From a virus: DNA of 64,000 bases. Every line of letters begins with the position of its first letter. Positions within the stretch are counted from its first letter, which is position 1. The stretch lies in IMG/VR virus record IMGVR_UViG_3300006076_000001, positions 29,787 through 93,786 of that record; one strand, written 5' to 3'. Position numbers and translations under genes: made by a program. The notes below the pieces were generated by a model. It saw only the letters and a list, made by a program, of their open reading frames with translations, searched no databases and was not told the origin of the DNA. Below, piece after piece: positions 40,392 to 50,781 of the stretch.

Positions 40392-41577
40392 TAGTTGTCT
40401 CCTTTCTTAGTTGGAATAAATTCAGAACAGAAATCCATTTCTGGATTTACTTCTTTATTTAGTAAAGAACACCACTTTCTTGAATATTCTGTAACAAGGC
40501 ATTCGCAATTTCTACATTTAATCAAAGCATCATCTGCCATAAATTTAAGTAAGTCTTCTAACATTGTTATTTCTTTAGCAAACATTTCTTTATTTTCATT
40601 ATCTATATTAGGGTCATTCAGTGCCTGACTATAGGTATGAATTAATCTTTCTACATCTGAAATTGTATATTGCATTTTAATCCTCCTTTTTCAATTCAGC
40701 GTTTGTTAGTTTATCTTTAATCATTTCTAATAATTCAAATCTATAAGCTTTATTATCTGACTCTGCCATCTGATATAGCATCTGTAATAATTCATCATCT
40801 ATTCCAGCCGCAAATTTAACTCTATGTACCAATGATTTAAAAATATTATTTTTTGCCATTTCTTCTATATCAAAATCAACTAAACCCCTCTCATAATCAT
40901 TAATAATGATATCTGACTCAAAAATTAATTTACCAGTTATTTTGGTAGCAAATTGGTCTTTTAACTTTTCTTTCTCCCATTCTACTGTAAATAATCTATC
41001 TTTATTCATTGTTTAATCTCCTTTACACTCTTAAATCAATTTGATTAATTCTTTCTCTTAATTCTTTAAGAGTTTTAGGCACACCATTATCTTGTGACCC
41101 TTTATTGTTATCAGAAGATACCTCTTCTTGGCTTTTTCTGATATCTTTCTTGCATTCTGTTACATTATCACCTATATTAGTAGCTGAGATATCCTCTGAA
41201 TTAAAAGAAGACACTTCTTTAATCCATCTCTCTGTATGTTTATCTAAATCAACTTTGTTACATTTTTTCCTCATTTTATCAAACTCACTTAGGTATAAGT
41301 GTTCCAACTCCTGATAATAAAAGATTATTTTATCTCTCTTTTCTAATTCTGAAAGAAGATAATTGACTTGTCTTTGCAACTCTTTATTTTTATCCTCTAC
41401 AAAATTTATCCAATCAAATTGTTTAAATTCAGATATATCAGCAAAAGGGATATTTAAAGATTTAAGCCAATTCAATTTGTCTCTTAATTGTTTATTTTCT
41501 AATTCGAGTAGTTCAATTTTGCTCTCTAATTTATCTTCGTTACACTTACTGAAAAGTTTTGAGAAAAAAGAAAACAT
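40391..41577 (-). CDS. Three hypothetical proteins (40391-40675, 40677-41009, 41023-41577)
   Basis: ORFs with SD; 41023-41577 carries the 83-bp element in frame. Confidence 0.55.
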
Positions 41578-41633
41578 CTTCTGACTCCTTTCTGATTTAA
41601 GTCACATTTTTATAATGTGATAATTTGAAATTT

Positions 41634-42638
41634 TTAACTTTTGCAAACAGACGGGCATTTTTTACAACAATCTTCAATTTCTTTTTTGTATTCATTAATT
41701 ACTTTTTTAAGTGATTCCTTTCTTGCCTCTTCATATTTAGGTGAAACCTTTTTACCCTTAATTTTTGGATTTTTAATAGAATACTTAATGTCTTTATCCA
41801 CTTTCGATAAATATTTTTTAACTTCTAATCTGAAAATGTCATTAACTAATCCCCATTCGTTATCTTTAGGTTTGCATCGTTTCTTCCCATCTTTAATAAC
41901 AGCACAAATGGCTCTCTTCCATAATGTTACTAAATAGCTCTCTGGTATATTGTATTTTTTAGAATAACCTTTAACCAAAGTTGAATTAGTCTTTAAGGCT
42001 TGTAAATGTATCATTTATATTACCTCCTCTTATTTAAAATGGTAGTTGTTCTTCCTCTTCGTCTTTTAAAATTAAATCTGGTATATATGTAACCACAATA
42101 CTCTTTTTCTTTATCTCATAAGAATAAATTATTTTGTAACCTTTTTGTCTTAATTTGGTAATACTATCTTCCATAGATTTAGAGTATTTATAATCTGCCG
42201 AAAAAATTATGGTATTAGGTTTAACACCAACCTTAGTGATATAAGAACGAAACTTAGATTTAAGAATGTTAGAAAGAGAAAAAGATTTAGTAGAAACTTC
42301 CAAAGACATTAAAAAATGTCTCCGATATTAATATTATTTTCTATTTCCCTAATTTCACTATCACTAATTACCTCAGGAAATTTAGATAAGATTACAAAGT
42401 TGTATTTATCTCCCTTTTTATAAATATAGAAATTATACTTATTATTAGTGATAACTGGTAATTTATTAATCAAACTTCTATAAAGAACTTCATTAAATGA
42501 TTTTTTAAACACTAAGTATAATTTATCTTTATCTTCATAAGCTACAACAAAGTATCTATACAATGGTGGAATCACTTGTTTTATTTTAACTCCGTAATTA
42601 AACATAGAACTACCAAAAGCTAACCTTATTTTTGCCAT
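41634..42638 (-). CDS. Three small proteins (41634-42014 MIHLQA leader; 42034-42309; 42309-42638 MAKIRLAF leader)
   Basis: ORFs in operon orientation; two carry shared leaders. Confidence 0.55.
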
Positions 42639-42657
42639 AGAATTACTCCTTTTTATT

Positions 42658-43248
42658 TTATTTATCGAATCTTGTCAAAACTTTAAACTCATTAAAAAGT
42701 TTTCTCAAATATAGAGATGTATTAAATTCAAATACCGCTTTTACATCTTTATTCCAAAAATGTATTGGTTTCACAGTAACAAACTCCTCTTCATAACATT
42801 TTCTTAATACCTCTGGATTATCATCAATAATAATTGACGGATATAATAACCATTTTTCCCTCATAGTTATCATATGAGTGTCATCTATAAATTTTGGAAA
42901 ATGTTTTCTTAATGATTTGATTTTACCATAATAAGTATCTCTATTTGGAACAACAATGTGTGTAACAAATCTAAATTCAAAATCGTCCCAAAAGTCATTT
43001 ATTACTTCAACCATACCCTCATAAGGCTTCATATTCTCAAAAAAGTCTTCATTTAAGTATTTATATCTCTCTTCCTCTGATAATCCAAAAATTTCGTGAA
43101 AATGATACTTAGAACATTGATTTTCTGTAACTGAAATTTTTTCTCCTGTAGCTTTAAAATAAGCCTCCTCAAAAGCACTTATATAATCAAAAATCGTTGA
43201 ATCCATATCTACATAAATCAATGGCTTACCATTAATAATCTTTATCAT
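42658..43248 (-). CDS. 5'(3')-deoxyribonucleotidase (NT5C-type HAD)
   Basis: YVDMDSTIFD, FFENMKPY, K.L....IIDDNP, WN. Confidence 0.85.
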   Translation of the reverse strand: MIKIINGKPLIYVDMDSTIFDYISAFEEAYFKATGEKISVTENQCSKYHFHEIFGLSEEERYKYLNEDFFENMKPYEGMVEVINDFWDDFEFRFVTHIVVPNRDTYYGKIKSLRKHFPKFIDDTHMITMREKWLLYPSIIIDDNPEVLRKCYEEEFVTVKPIHFWNKDVKAVFEFNTSLYLRKLFNEFKVLTRFDK

Positions 43249-43874
43249 CTAAGTCCTCCTTTAAATAATAACAATTTATTACTAACAAACATTTTAAATT
43301 GGTTTTCTCTCTTACATAAAAAGTCATTAAAGTCTTTATAAGGATAAGAAATTATACCAACTTTCTGATTATAATCTCTCTCTGCCTTTTTAATAAACCT
43401 TTCTGTAGCCTTTTTACCCGCTTCATCATTATCGAATGCTAAATATATTTCAAAGTTAAAATAAAATGATAAATACATTAAATAATGAAACTGAACTAAA
43501 GTAAAAGAAGCTCTACTAAAAGCAATAGAATAAACATCTGATAACTTTGTGTATTGATTAAAAGATTCAGAATCTAAAATAGATTCGGTAACAATAACTT
43601 TATTTATTTTATCGCTAAGGTTGTTTATACCATAAATAGCAATGTTATCTGGGTCGGAATAAATAATCTGCCAACCCTCTTTAGTTCTATTATCTATTTT
43701 AACTATCTTAGATTTGGTTATATTAGTTATGATTGTAACTAGTCCAGTAACTAATTTATCATTTATTAATATTGGTTTAGCAAACCAATAACTACCATCA
43801 AATGGCTTTAACTTTCTTGAGGCTAAATAATTTTCTAATAAAGTGCTATCTGATTCTTCAATAGGAATTAACAT
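43245..43874 (-). CDS. Primase TOPRIM catalytic fragment (no zinc-binding domain)
   Basis: YLASR, IVTESILD, LAFDNDEAG, YKDFNDFL. Confidence 0.82.
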   Translation of the reverse strand: MLIPIEESDSTLLENYLASRKLKPFDGSYWFAKPILINDKLVTGLVTIITNITKSKIVKIDNRTKEGWQIIYSDPDNIAIYGINNLSDKINKVIVTESILDSESFNQYTKLSDVYSIAFSRASFTLVQFHYLMYLSFYFNFEIYLAFDNDEAGKKATERFIKKAERDYNQKVGIISYPYKDFNDFLCKRENQFKMFVSNKLLLFKGGLR

Positions 43875-43918
43875 TATCTGACTCCTTTTGTCTTATATAC
43901 TGACACGGAGGAAAGAGT

Positions 43919-44347
43919 TTAATATAATTTAGTAGCTGGGTCTACAAGAATAATTGTATTTTTGAATTTAAAATAATAGTTGTATTTACCAGATATATTT
44001 GAAATCAGTCTTTTTAATGCATAAATGTTATTGTATTTTCTACCTACAACCAATGGAAATCTTTCTTCTTTTATTTTCATAAAAATAACGAAAGAATTTT
44101 CACTAAGAATATCAAAATAGATGGCATCAAACACTTGATTTACTGAAAAAGGTGATAAAGTTTTAACAAACACCTCTATTAATTCCTTAACTTCCTTAAA
44201 AATAAAGTAGGTGTATTTATGCAAATTAATGTGACTATCAACAGGAACTCTTATATTGAAAAGCCCCTCTTTATTTACAACAGACATCTTATGATAAGTG
44301 TCTTTCCATTTCTCTATTAAAAATTGTCTTCTATCTTCTTGCATCAT
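43919..44347 (-). CDS. KH-domain (KhpA-like) RNA-binding protein, degenerate
   Basis: ELIEVFVKTL...PLVVGRKYNNIYALKRLI resembles the KhpA G.VIG+.G..I.AIR pattern. Confidence 0.45.
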   Translation of the reverse strand: MMQEDRRQFLIEKWKDTYHKMSVVNKEGLFNIRVPVDSHINLHKYTYFIFKEVKELIEVFVKTLSPFSVNQVFDAIYFDILSENSFVIFMKIKEERFPLVVGRKYNNIYALKRLISNISGKYNYYFKFKNTIILVDPATKLY

Positions 44348-44957
44348 TGTTTCTTTCCTCCCTGATTAATTTTAATTCACCATTAACTTTATCAAAGACT
44401 AAATTAATTTCAGCATTGTTTAAAAACTGCTCTTGATGAGTAATTAAAATTATAGATAAGTTATATTTCTTAGATATAACTTTAAATAATTCAGATAATT
44501 TAGAATGATAATTAGATGATAAATGATTTAATGACTCATCTAAAATTATAAATGATTCTTTTTGAGTCATAATATGTAAAATTATTCTAAATAAAGTAGA
44601 AATTAAAGCCATCAAACCTCCACCAAATGTATCAATACCACCCTCTACTTTACCCTGCTTTACTGAAAAATACCAAAATGTACCAGATGGCTTTTCATCT
44701 TGAATAATAGAGCATTTTATAGAAGAATCATTAAGCAAGAACTCTAAAGATTTATTTATAAAGTCTTCAATTATGTTTTTCTTTTTAGATATAATTTCAG
44801 AAACAAACTTTTCATTTATTTTTATAGCTTTAGTCAATTTTTGATTTTCTTCCTCAAGTGATTGTTTTGACTTTTCTTTAGAATTTAGTTGAGAGGTAAG
44901 GACTTTTAATTCTCCTCTCAACTCTGTCATTCTTTCTTCAAATCTACTCTTTCTCAT
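44331..44957 (-). CDS. SbcC/Rad50 (gp46-like) C-terminal half
   Basis: Signature-like FGGG, Walker B IILDES, H-loop ITHQ. Confidence 0.88.
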   Translation of the reverse strand: MRKSRFEERMTELRGELKVLTSQLNSKEKSKQSLEEENQKLTKAIKINEKFVSEIISKKKNIIEDFINKSLEFLLNDSSIKCSIIQDEKPSGTFWYFSVKQGKVEGGIDTFGGGLMALISTLFRIILHIMTQKESFIILDESLNHLSSNYHSKLSELFKVISKKYNLSIILITHQEQFLNNAEINLVFDKVNGELKLIREERNNDARR

Positions 44958-44981
44958 TCTGACTCCTAATAAATTTAAAAA

Positions 44982-46115
44982 TTAAACCATTACTTTAGGT
45001 AAAATGTGAGTAGCCCCAAATCCATCAACTGATTTAGACTCCATAATAATTGCTACTTCCCTCTCATCTAAAATTATAGAAGCTGAACTTTTTATAACCT
45101 TTTCAAATGGCTCTTCAAATAAAGAATAGTTAATTACTTCTTCACTATTTTTAGTAATCATTGCTGAAATTATTACATAAGACTCAAGTCCTGAAATGTC
45201 TTCTACTGAAAATTTAACAAATGATTTCTTGTCTGTTTCTTTCACTGTAATAATTTTGTCATCTTGAGTCATCAATGGGATTGATAATTTTTCTAGCCCA
45301 GAAATAGCCGAACTTAGATTATCACCTAAATCAATAATAGATTTGGTTTCTGACTCTAAAACAGCTGAATAATTTGGCATATCTACATCTACCTCTGCTC
45401 CTATATAAAAGAAGTTATTATCAACTTGAATTTTAATTGCACTATCTTTTTTATAGATTTTAACTTCGCCATTAACATAACCACTTGTTTTATTCAATAA
45501 ACTACTATGAAAATTAATATTCTCTGGTAAATTATCATCAAAAATTTCTGGTGTGATAACAATGTGGTTATTGTTACCAAAGATTATTGCTTTTTTATCT
45601 TTATCTATTACCGCTACCTCATAGCCACCGATTTTGTAATTTGTTCTTGGTATCATTAAATGCTTTAATGCAAACTTAGCTTTATCCTCTGGGATTGTGA
45701 TTATAGGGTCTACCCCTGCAAAAGCTAAAGCTTCATCAATTAAATTTTCAATAACTTGTTTATCTTTATCCACATAAATGTAAGCAACCTCAATTTCCGC
45801 TTTATCCTCAAATACACACTCTAAGTATGTATTATTAAAGTTAATTGCTTTAACATCATCAAACTTTAAACATTTTTGCAATGTTTTTATTTTTATACCA
45901 ACCACTTCATCTGGTGCGTTTTCTTGATACCCACCTATTACAAAATAAGACACTGATGGTAATACATCTTCATCTATAATAAACCCACAAAAGTCTTTTT
46001 CCTTATTATTAACAAAATATACATCAGTAGCTAATACAGCTGATTTAAGAAATCCTGATAACTTCTCTTTTAAATCATAAGCTGTTAAATTCAAAACAAA
46101 AGTGTTACTATTCAT
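44982..46115 (-). CDS. Sliding clamp (DnaN-like, putative)
   Basis: 377 aa acidic alpha/beta protein, MPNYSAVL linker (cf. beta clamp FPNY), C-terminal ILP; a DnaX is encoded in the window. Confidence 0.55.
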   Translation of the reverse strand: MNSNTFVLNLTAYDLKEKLSGFLKSAVLATDVYFVNNKEKDFCGFIIDEDVLPSVSYFVIGGYQENAPDEVVGIKIKTLQKCLKFDDVKAINFNNTYLECVFEDKAEIEVAYIYVDKDKQVIENLIDEALAFAGVDPIITIPEDKAKFALKHLMIPRTNYKIGGYEVAVIDKDKKAIIFGNNNHIVITPEIFDDNLPENINFHSSLLNKTSGYVNGEVKIYKKDSAIKIQVDNNFFYIGAEVDVDMPNYSAVLESETKSIIDLGDNLSSAISGLEKLSIPLMTQDDKIITVKETDKKSFVKFSVEDISGLESYVIISAMITKNSEEVINYSLFEEPFEKVIKSSASIILDEREVAIIMESKSVDGFGATHILPKVMV

Positions 46116-46362
46116 TTGACTCCTCCTTTTCTAATTTTTCCAACTCTGCCTCCAATGTTTTAAGTTCTGCCTCTAACTTTGAAATCTCCTCTTTAACCTT
46201 ATTTTCATCATTTAAAAATTCTTCATCATAACCCATTTCTTTAAGTTTTTCAATAACTTCAGACAGTTTATCTTCCATCTCTGCCTTTTTAGATGAAGCA
46301 ATTGCTAATTGCTTTTCATACTCAGACTTTTTTTGTTTTAGTTCTTTAATATCTAAAGACAT
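46108..46362 (-). CDS. Small coiled-coil protein
   Basis: 84 aa, E/K-rich heptads, within the sbcCD locus. Confidence 0.55.
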   Translation of the reverse strand: MSLDIKELKQKKSEYEKQLAIASSKKAEMEDKLSEVIEKLKEMGYDEEFLNDENKVKEEISKLEAELKTLEAELEKLEKEESNE

Positions 46363-46382
46363 AATTACTCCTTTTTACTGAT

Positions 46383-47363
46383 TTATTTATCTACTTTTTC
46401 TAAATAGGAAATAACGATTTCTTTAATTTCTTTATCTTCTATACTATTAATTAAATTTTGAATTGAACTCTCCATCTTAGAAATGGAAAAATCAAAAGTG
46501 GAATCTACAAACTCTGTTACTGATTCCTCATCTTCAACTACTATTTTTGATTGAAAAACTTCTTTAAAAGAATTATGGTCTATTATAATAGATTCTGCCT
46601 CTTTATTATCCAAATCAAGAATTACTAATTCTGGTTTATGCAAATCTAAAGATGAATAGTAATTTCTAGCCAAACGATATAAAGACCATTGATTAATAAA
46701 AATTTGAGACTCACCAGACTCATATTCATACTTTTTGATAGGTATACCTCTATGTAAATGCCCTAATATAAATCCGTCTATGTTTTTATATTGCATCAAC
46801 TCTGTATATCTGTAAAAGTGTGTATATTTTAGGTCATCTAATTCAGCATCAAAAGGAATAAAATGTTCGTGTATGACAACAAATTTATTACCACTAGTTT
46901 TCTCTTTATTAATTTTATCTAATTCTGAAAAGATTTTATCTTTATCTTCTAAATAAGGGACACCATAAATGTAATTATCCCCTATCTGGACTTTAGAAAA
47001 AGAGATGTCTTTAATTAAACCTAATTTAGTTACCAAACCATACAGACTGTCATCTAAATTTTCATAACTATTATATGGCAAGTCGTGATTCCCAGCAATA
47101 GAAACTAAGTTTATACCACTTTCTTTAATATATTTAAGTAATTCTATATTTTCTTTAACTGCTATAGAGGAATAATGTTTAAGATACTTTTTATCAAACA
47201 AATCTCCAGTGCTAATCAATGTATCGATTTTTCTCTTTTGACATTCATTTATAATAAAATCCACCTTTTTATAAATGGTAGATTTATAATCATCTTTTCT
47301 TGAAATTGGCGGAGGAAACCCTAATCTAAAGTGTGGGTCTTTAATTGTAGCTACTTTACTCAT
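46383..47363 (-). CDS. SbcD/Mre11 (gp47-like) metallophosphoesterase nuclease
   Basis: DPH, GDLFD, GNHD, HEH, GHLH. Confidence 0.9.
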   Translation of the reverse strand: MSKVATIKDPHFRLGFPPPISRKDDYKSTIYKKVDFIINECQKRKIDTLISTGDLFDKKYLKHYSSIAVKENIELLKYIKESGINLVSIAGNHDLPYNSYENLDDSLYGLVTKLGLIKDISFSKVQIGDNYIYGVPYLEDKDKIFSELDKINKEKTSGNKFVVIHEHFIPFDAELDDLKYTHFYRYTELMQYKNIDGFILGHLHRGIPIKKYEYESGESQIFINQWSLYRLARNYYSSLDLHKPELVILDLDNKEAESIIIDHNSFKEVFQSKIVVEDEESVTEFVDSTFDFSISKMESSIQNLINSIEDKEIKEIVISYLEKVDK

Positions 47364-48552
47364 TATCTGACTCCTTTATATTATGGATTGGTTGTCCGCA
47401 ACAAGGACATATGTTATTTTCTTTAATTTGACTATCAACTTCTGATAAACTTTGCTTCATATTAATAATAGAATTATTAATAGAGTTAATTTTACTCTTA
47501 ACTGCAACATAAACTTTCAATCTAATCAGAGATGTTAATAAAGATATTACTCTTTGAAGCTCTCTCTGGTATTTTTCTTGCATTCTGAAAGCATTTAGGC
47601 TATTAATATAGCTAACCATATTCTCAAATTTAAAGAAAAGGTCTTCTTTAGATAAAAGTGACACTATTTTTGTTAAATAGTTGATTTTATCATTTAAACC
47701 ACTTAGTTGATTGAATAATTCACTTGCTTCTATTAATTGCTGTTTTTTATTAAGAACAGCTTCCATATCACTAAGTAATTTTATTCTTTCTTGACCTTTT
47801 TGAATCAAATCTGATAGGTTATCTGCCTGATTCATTAAATAAAGTGTGTCTGATAAATGAATCAGTTTATTAATTGAATGAATGATTGAATTAATTTTAG
47901 TTATTTGACGAGTTTGTCTATTTACCTTATCTTTTAATTCAATTAAATCATACAAATTATTTATTTTAGTTTCTATTTCAACTGCTTTTTCATACTTTTT
48001 ATATAAATCTTGTTTTCTTTTTATAATTAGTTTATGTTTATTAATTTCCTCTGTAAGTTCATTTATTTTACGAGTATTAATCAATTTATCTCTCTTCATC
48101 AACTTAACTGCTTCAGCCAGTCTATCTACACCAAAAATAGATTTAAAAATCTTAGTTTGTGTTTGTTTATTTTCATCTACTAAAAAGAATGGTTTGTATT
48201 GAGGGATAGCCAATAAGTTTTCTTCTCCCCCATCATAAACAAATGGTTTCATAGAGTCTGGTAAGTATTGAAATGGCTGATTACCTACTTTGTCAAACTC
48301 TTTATCTGCAACGATGTATTTATTTTCTTTATTAGACCTAATTCTTTTTACATTATTAACTTTAATTTCACATTTAGTAGCACCAACTCTAATGAACTCT
48401 TTATTTAAAGAGTTTTCTAAAAGGGCGGTAACCGCTCTTCTAATAGCCGATTTACCGATGTTAGACCTACCAGAAATGGTATAAAAATGATTAGAAAAAG
48501 AGTATTTTAAATTTTTAATAGATTGAAAGTTTTTTATCTCTAAATCAAGCAT
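47356..48552 (-). CDS. SbcC/Rad50 (gp46-like) N-terminal half ending at the zinc hook
   Basis: IKNFQS, GRSNIGKS Walker A, Q-loop, coiled coil, terminal CPCCGQ. Confidence 0.88.
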   Translation of the reverse strand: MLDLEIKNFQSIKNLKYSFSNHFYTISGRSNIGKSAIRRAVTALLENSLNKEFIRVGATKCEIKVNNVKRIRSNKENKYIVADKEFDKVGNQPFQYLPDSMKPFVYDGGEENLLAIPQYKPFFLVDENKQTQTKIFKSIFGVDRLAEAVKLMKRDKLINTRKINELTEEINKHKLIIKRKQDLYKKYEKAVEIETKINNLYDLIELKDKVNRQTRQITKINSIIHSINKLIHLSDTLYLMNQADNLSDLIQKGQERIKLLSDMEAVLNKKQQLIEASELFNQLSGLNDKINYLTKIVSLLSKEDLFFKFENMVSYINSLNAFRMQEKYQRELQRVISLLTSLIRLKVYVAVKSKINSINNSIINMKQSLSEVDSQIKENNICPCCGQPIHNIKESDNE

Positions 48553-48590
48553 AATCCGACTCCTTTTTTCTGAATTAAAAACAATAATAA

Positions 48591-49103
48591 CTATAAATAA
48601 ATTAATACATCAACATCCATAATTATAGTAACACTTTCTAAATTAGATTGGAAATTTCTTTTAACTTCTAAAGATGGAATTAGTAAATAAGGTGTATCCC
48701 CATTAAATGCTCTTTGGATTTCAATTTTCATTCTATCTTGCATAAAGTCTTTAATATCCATAAGAACTTTATTGACTGTAAGATTATCAGACCAATCTAC
48801 TCTGGTTTCACCGAATTTCATAGCACTCATTAATGCTTCATCATAAGCTTCTGGAATGGATAACATTGAGAAATCAGGATTATTAGCAAAATCTTCGATA
48901 GAAATAGGTAGTGGATTTTTCCCGCTCATTAAGATAGACTCTTCTACATCAAAGAACTTTTTGAACTCTTGAAACTCCATTATTTCTTTAAAGGTTAGTA
49001 CCCCCTGCATTAGTTGATGTTTGTATCTTTTTGTAGCTGTGTCTCTTAGAATGTTATATAAAGTTTTAATGTCTTTACTATTAATCAACATACCCATACT
49101 CAT
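48591..49103 (-). CDS. Hypothetical protein
   Basis: 170-aa ORF. Confidence 0.5.
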   Translation of the reverse strand: MSMGMLINSKDIKTLYNILRDTATKRYKHQLMQGVLTFKEIMEFQEFKKFFDVEESILMSGKNPLPISIEDFANNPDFSMLSIPEAYDEALMSAMKFGETRVDWSDNLTVNKVLMDIKDFMQDRMKIEIQRAFNGDTPYLLIPSLEVKRNFQSNLESVTIIMDVDVLIYL

Positions 49104-49147
49104 ATCCTTTTACATATTTTTGTGAAGAAAAGAAAGGAAAACCTAAT

Positions 49148-50320
49148 TTATAGTTCTGTTTCATCTGAGATTTCAAAGTCTTCACTCTCTGTAGTAGATT
49201 CTTCATTAAGAGTATTAGAAACTTTATCATCAGAAACATTTAAAGAAATAAATTGTTTTTTCATATCTTCAAAATAATCTTTTTTAAGTAACTCTATAAA
49301 AGCTGTTCTACCTAAAGCTTTTATCTCTTCCCCGTTACTTGTTTTATAAAATAGAAAACTTCCTTTATTGTAAATGATTCCTACAGCTTTTAATGCATCA
49401 AAAATAATTGGAAAATCGTCTGTTCCCTCTCCGTATCTAACCACAAACTTAGTTGAAATGTAAGGCTTTTTAATTTTATTTTTTATATTCATAATTTTAA
49501 AAACATTAGCAACTCTAACTTCTTCAATTGCTCCAGTAATTGGGTCTTCCACCTGCTCTTTCAAAGTAGAAACAAACTTAGTAACATATCTAACAGACAA
49601 ATAATATCTAATTGCATTACCACCTGTAGTAGATAATGAAGTCTCCATATTAGAATAACCCTGACCTATACCTGTATTAGCAAGAGAAAATTGACTATTT
49701 CTATCAATCATTGGTTTAGCCCTAAATTGATTTATTAAAATCATAGCGATGTTATGGTTTGCAACTATATTCATAAGCTTAGGTGTGATTTCACTCCAAG
49801 CTGAAGCGTGTTGGGACTTTTGAGCTGAGTTATCTTCCATATCGATGGATGCCATAGGTCTAGCCGCTGCTACCGAATCTATAACAATGGTAGAAATTTT
49901 ACCAGCTAATTTAGCCCCTTTCTTTTTAGAAAATCCCATAGTTAGAACTTTCATCATATCTTCAATACAGTCTGGAGTAAATACCATTACCCTCTCATCT
50001 GAAAAATCCATACCAAGAGATTTGCAATAAACTGGGTCTAATGATTTCTCAAAATCAAAATAAATAATACCCTCATCTGGATACTTTTTCAAAGCTTCAG
50101 CACAAGACTGGATAGCTATTGTAGTTTTTGCACCTGATTCGAAACTTGCAATTTCTCCCATTGCTCCCCTATAAAATAACCCCCCATCAAAGACTTTATC
50201 TATAACAAGAGACCCTGATGGAATAGGCTCTTTCACATTGTCTGCATCAAACACTATATTTTTCTTAGCTTTTTTAAACTCTTTTTGGATTTGTTCTTTA
50301 AAATCACCAAATAGTCCCAT
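49148..50320 (-). CDS. recA: RecA/UvsX-like recombinase
   Basis: IPSGSLVID, FESGAKTT, DFEKSLDP, VIDSVAA, INQFR, TTGGNAIRYY, KNK. Confidence 0.9.
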   Translation of the reverse strand: MGLFGDFKEQIQKEFKKAKKNIVFDADNVKEPIPSGSLVIDKVFDGGLFYRGAMGEIASFESGAKTTIAIQSCAEALKKYPDEGIIYFDFEKSLDPVYCKSLGMDFSDERVMVFTPDCIEDMMKVLTMGFSKKKGAKLAGKISTIVIDSVAAARPMASIDMEDNSAQKSQHASAWSEITPKLMNIVANHNIAMILINQFRAKPMIDRNSQFSLANTGIGQGYSNMETSLSTTGGNAIRYYLSVRYVTKFVSTLKEQVEDPITGAIEEVRVANVFKIMNIKNKIKKPYISTKFVVRYGEGTDDFPIIFDALKAVGIIYNKGSFLFYKTSNGEEIKALGRTAFIELLKKDYFEDMKKQFISLNVSDDKVSNTLNEESTTESEDFEISDETEL

Positions 50321-50370
50321 TCTGACTCCTTGTCTTAAGTTTATTTTATAGCATTACTTTATACGATAGA

Positions 50371-50393
50371 AGAAAAAAAGGGATTAACCTCCC
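50371..50393 (-). terminator. Rho-independent terminator
   Basis: GGGA-GGTTAA-TCCC followed by T7 on the minus strand. Confidence 0.55.
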
Positions 50394-50758
50394 ATTATAA
50401 ACTCTGTCATCTCTCCTATTAGCTTTTTATTTTTAACATACTCAGAAAGTAACCCTGCAATGTGTTCTTCGATTGCTTCGCTATCACAATCTTTTAAATC
50501 ATCTGTTATGACATCCATAATTTTAACTAATTTTTGGTCTAATTCATCAGAAAATTCACCCTTTTGAATATCACCCCACTCTTTTATAATCTGCTTAATG
50601 AATTTAGCATCAATTAATTTATCTAATTCCTCAAAATCACATTCATTTTCTTCATAACCACCATCTAAGTATTCGTCCAATTGTTTGTCTCTTAACCTTT
50701 GAAGTTTAACTGCATCTGATACTCCATAGCCTCTAAATGCTAATCTTATTTTTGCCAT
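50384..50758 (-). CDS. Acidic small protein with MAKIRLAF leader
   Basis: Shared leader peptide. Confidence 0.6.
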   Translation of the reverse strand: MAKIRLAFRGYGVSDAVKLQRLRDKQLDEYLDGGYEENECDFEELDKLIDAKFIKQIIKEWGDIQKGEFSDELDQKLVKIMDVITDDLKDCDSEAIEEHIAGLLSEYVKNKKLIGEMTEFIMGG

Positions 50759-50781
50759 AATGTCACTCCTTTCAGTTGTTT

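Noticed and set aside
13112-42309. Possible polymerase motif-A carriers: VIVASDYKN (13112-13492), PDGTLVGDYNNI (13514-13864), IIFSADYKY (42034-42309)
   Set aside because: All lack the conserved DYxxxE(L/x)R glutamate and arginine spacing; resemblance is probably chance, though an HMM check is worthwhile
49148-50320. Inactive RecA because Walker A reads FESGAKT
   Set aside because: Lys-Thr, Walker B, catalytic Glu and other motifs are retained, so one substitution is weak evidence
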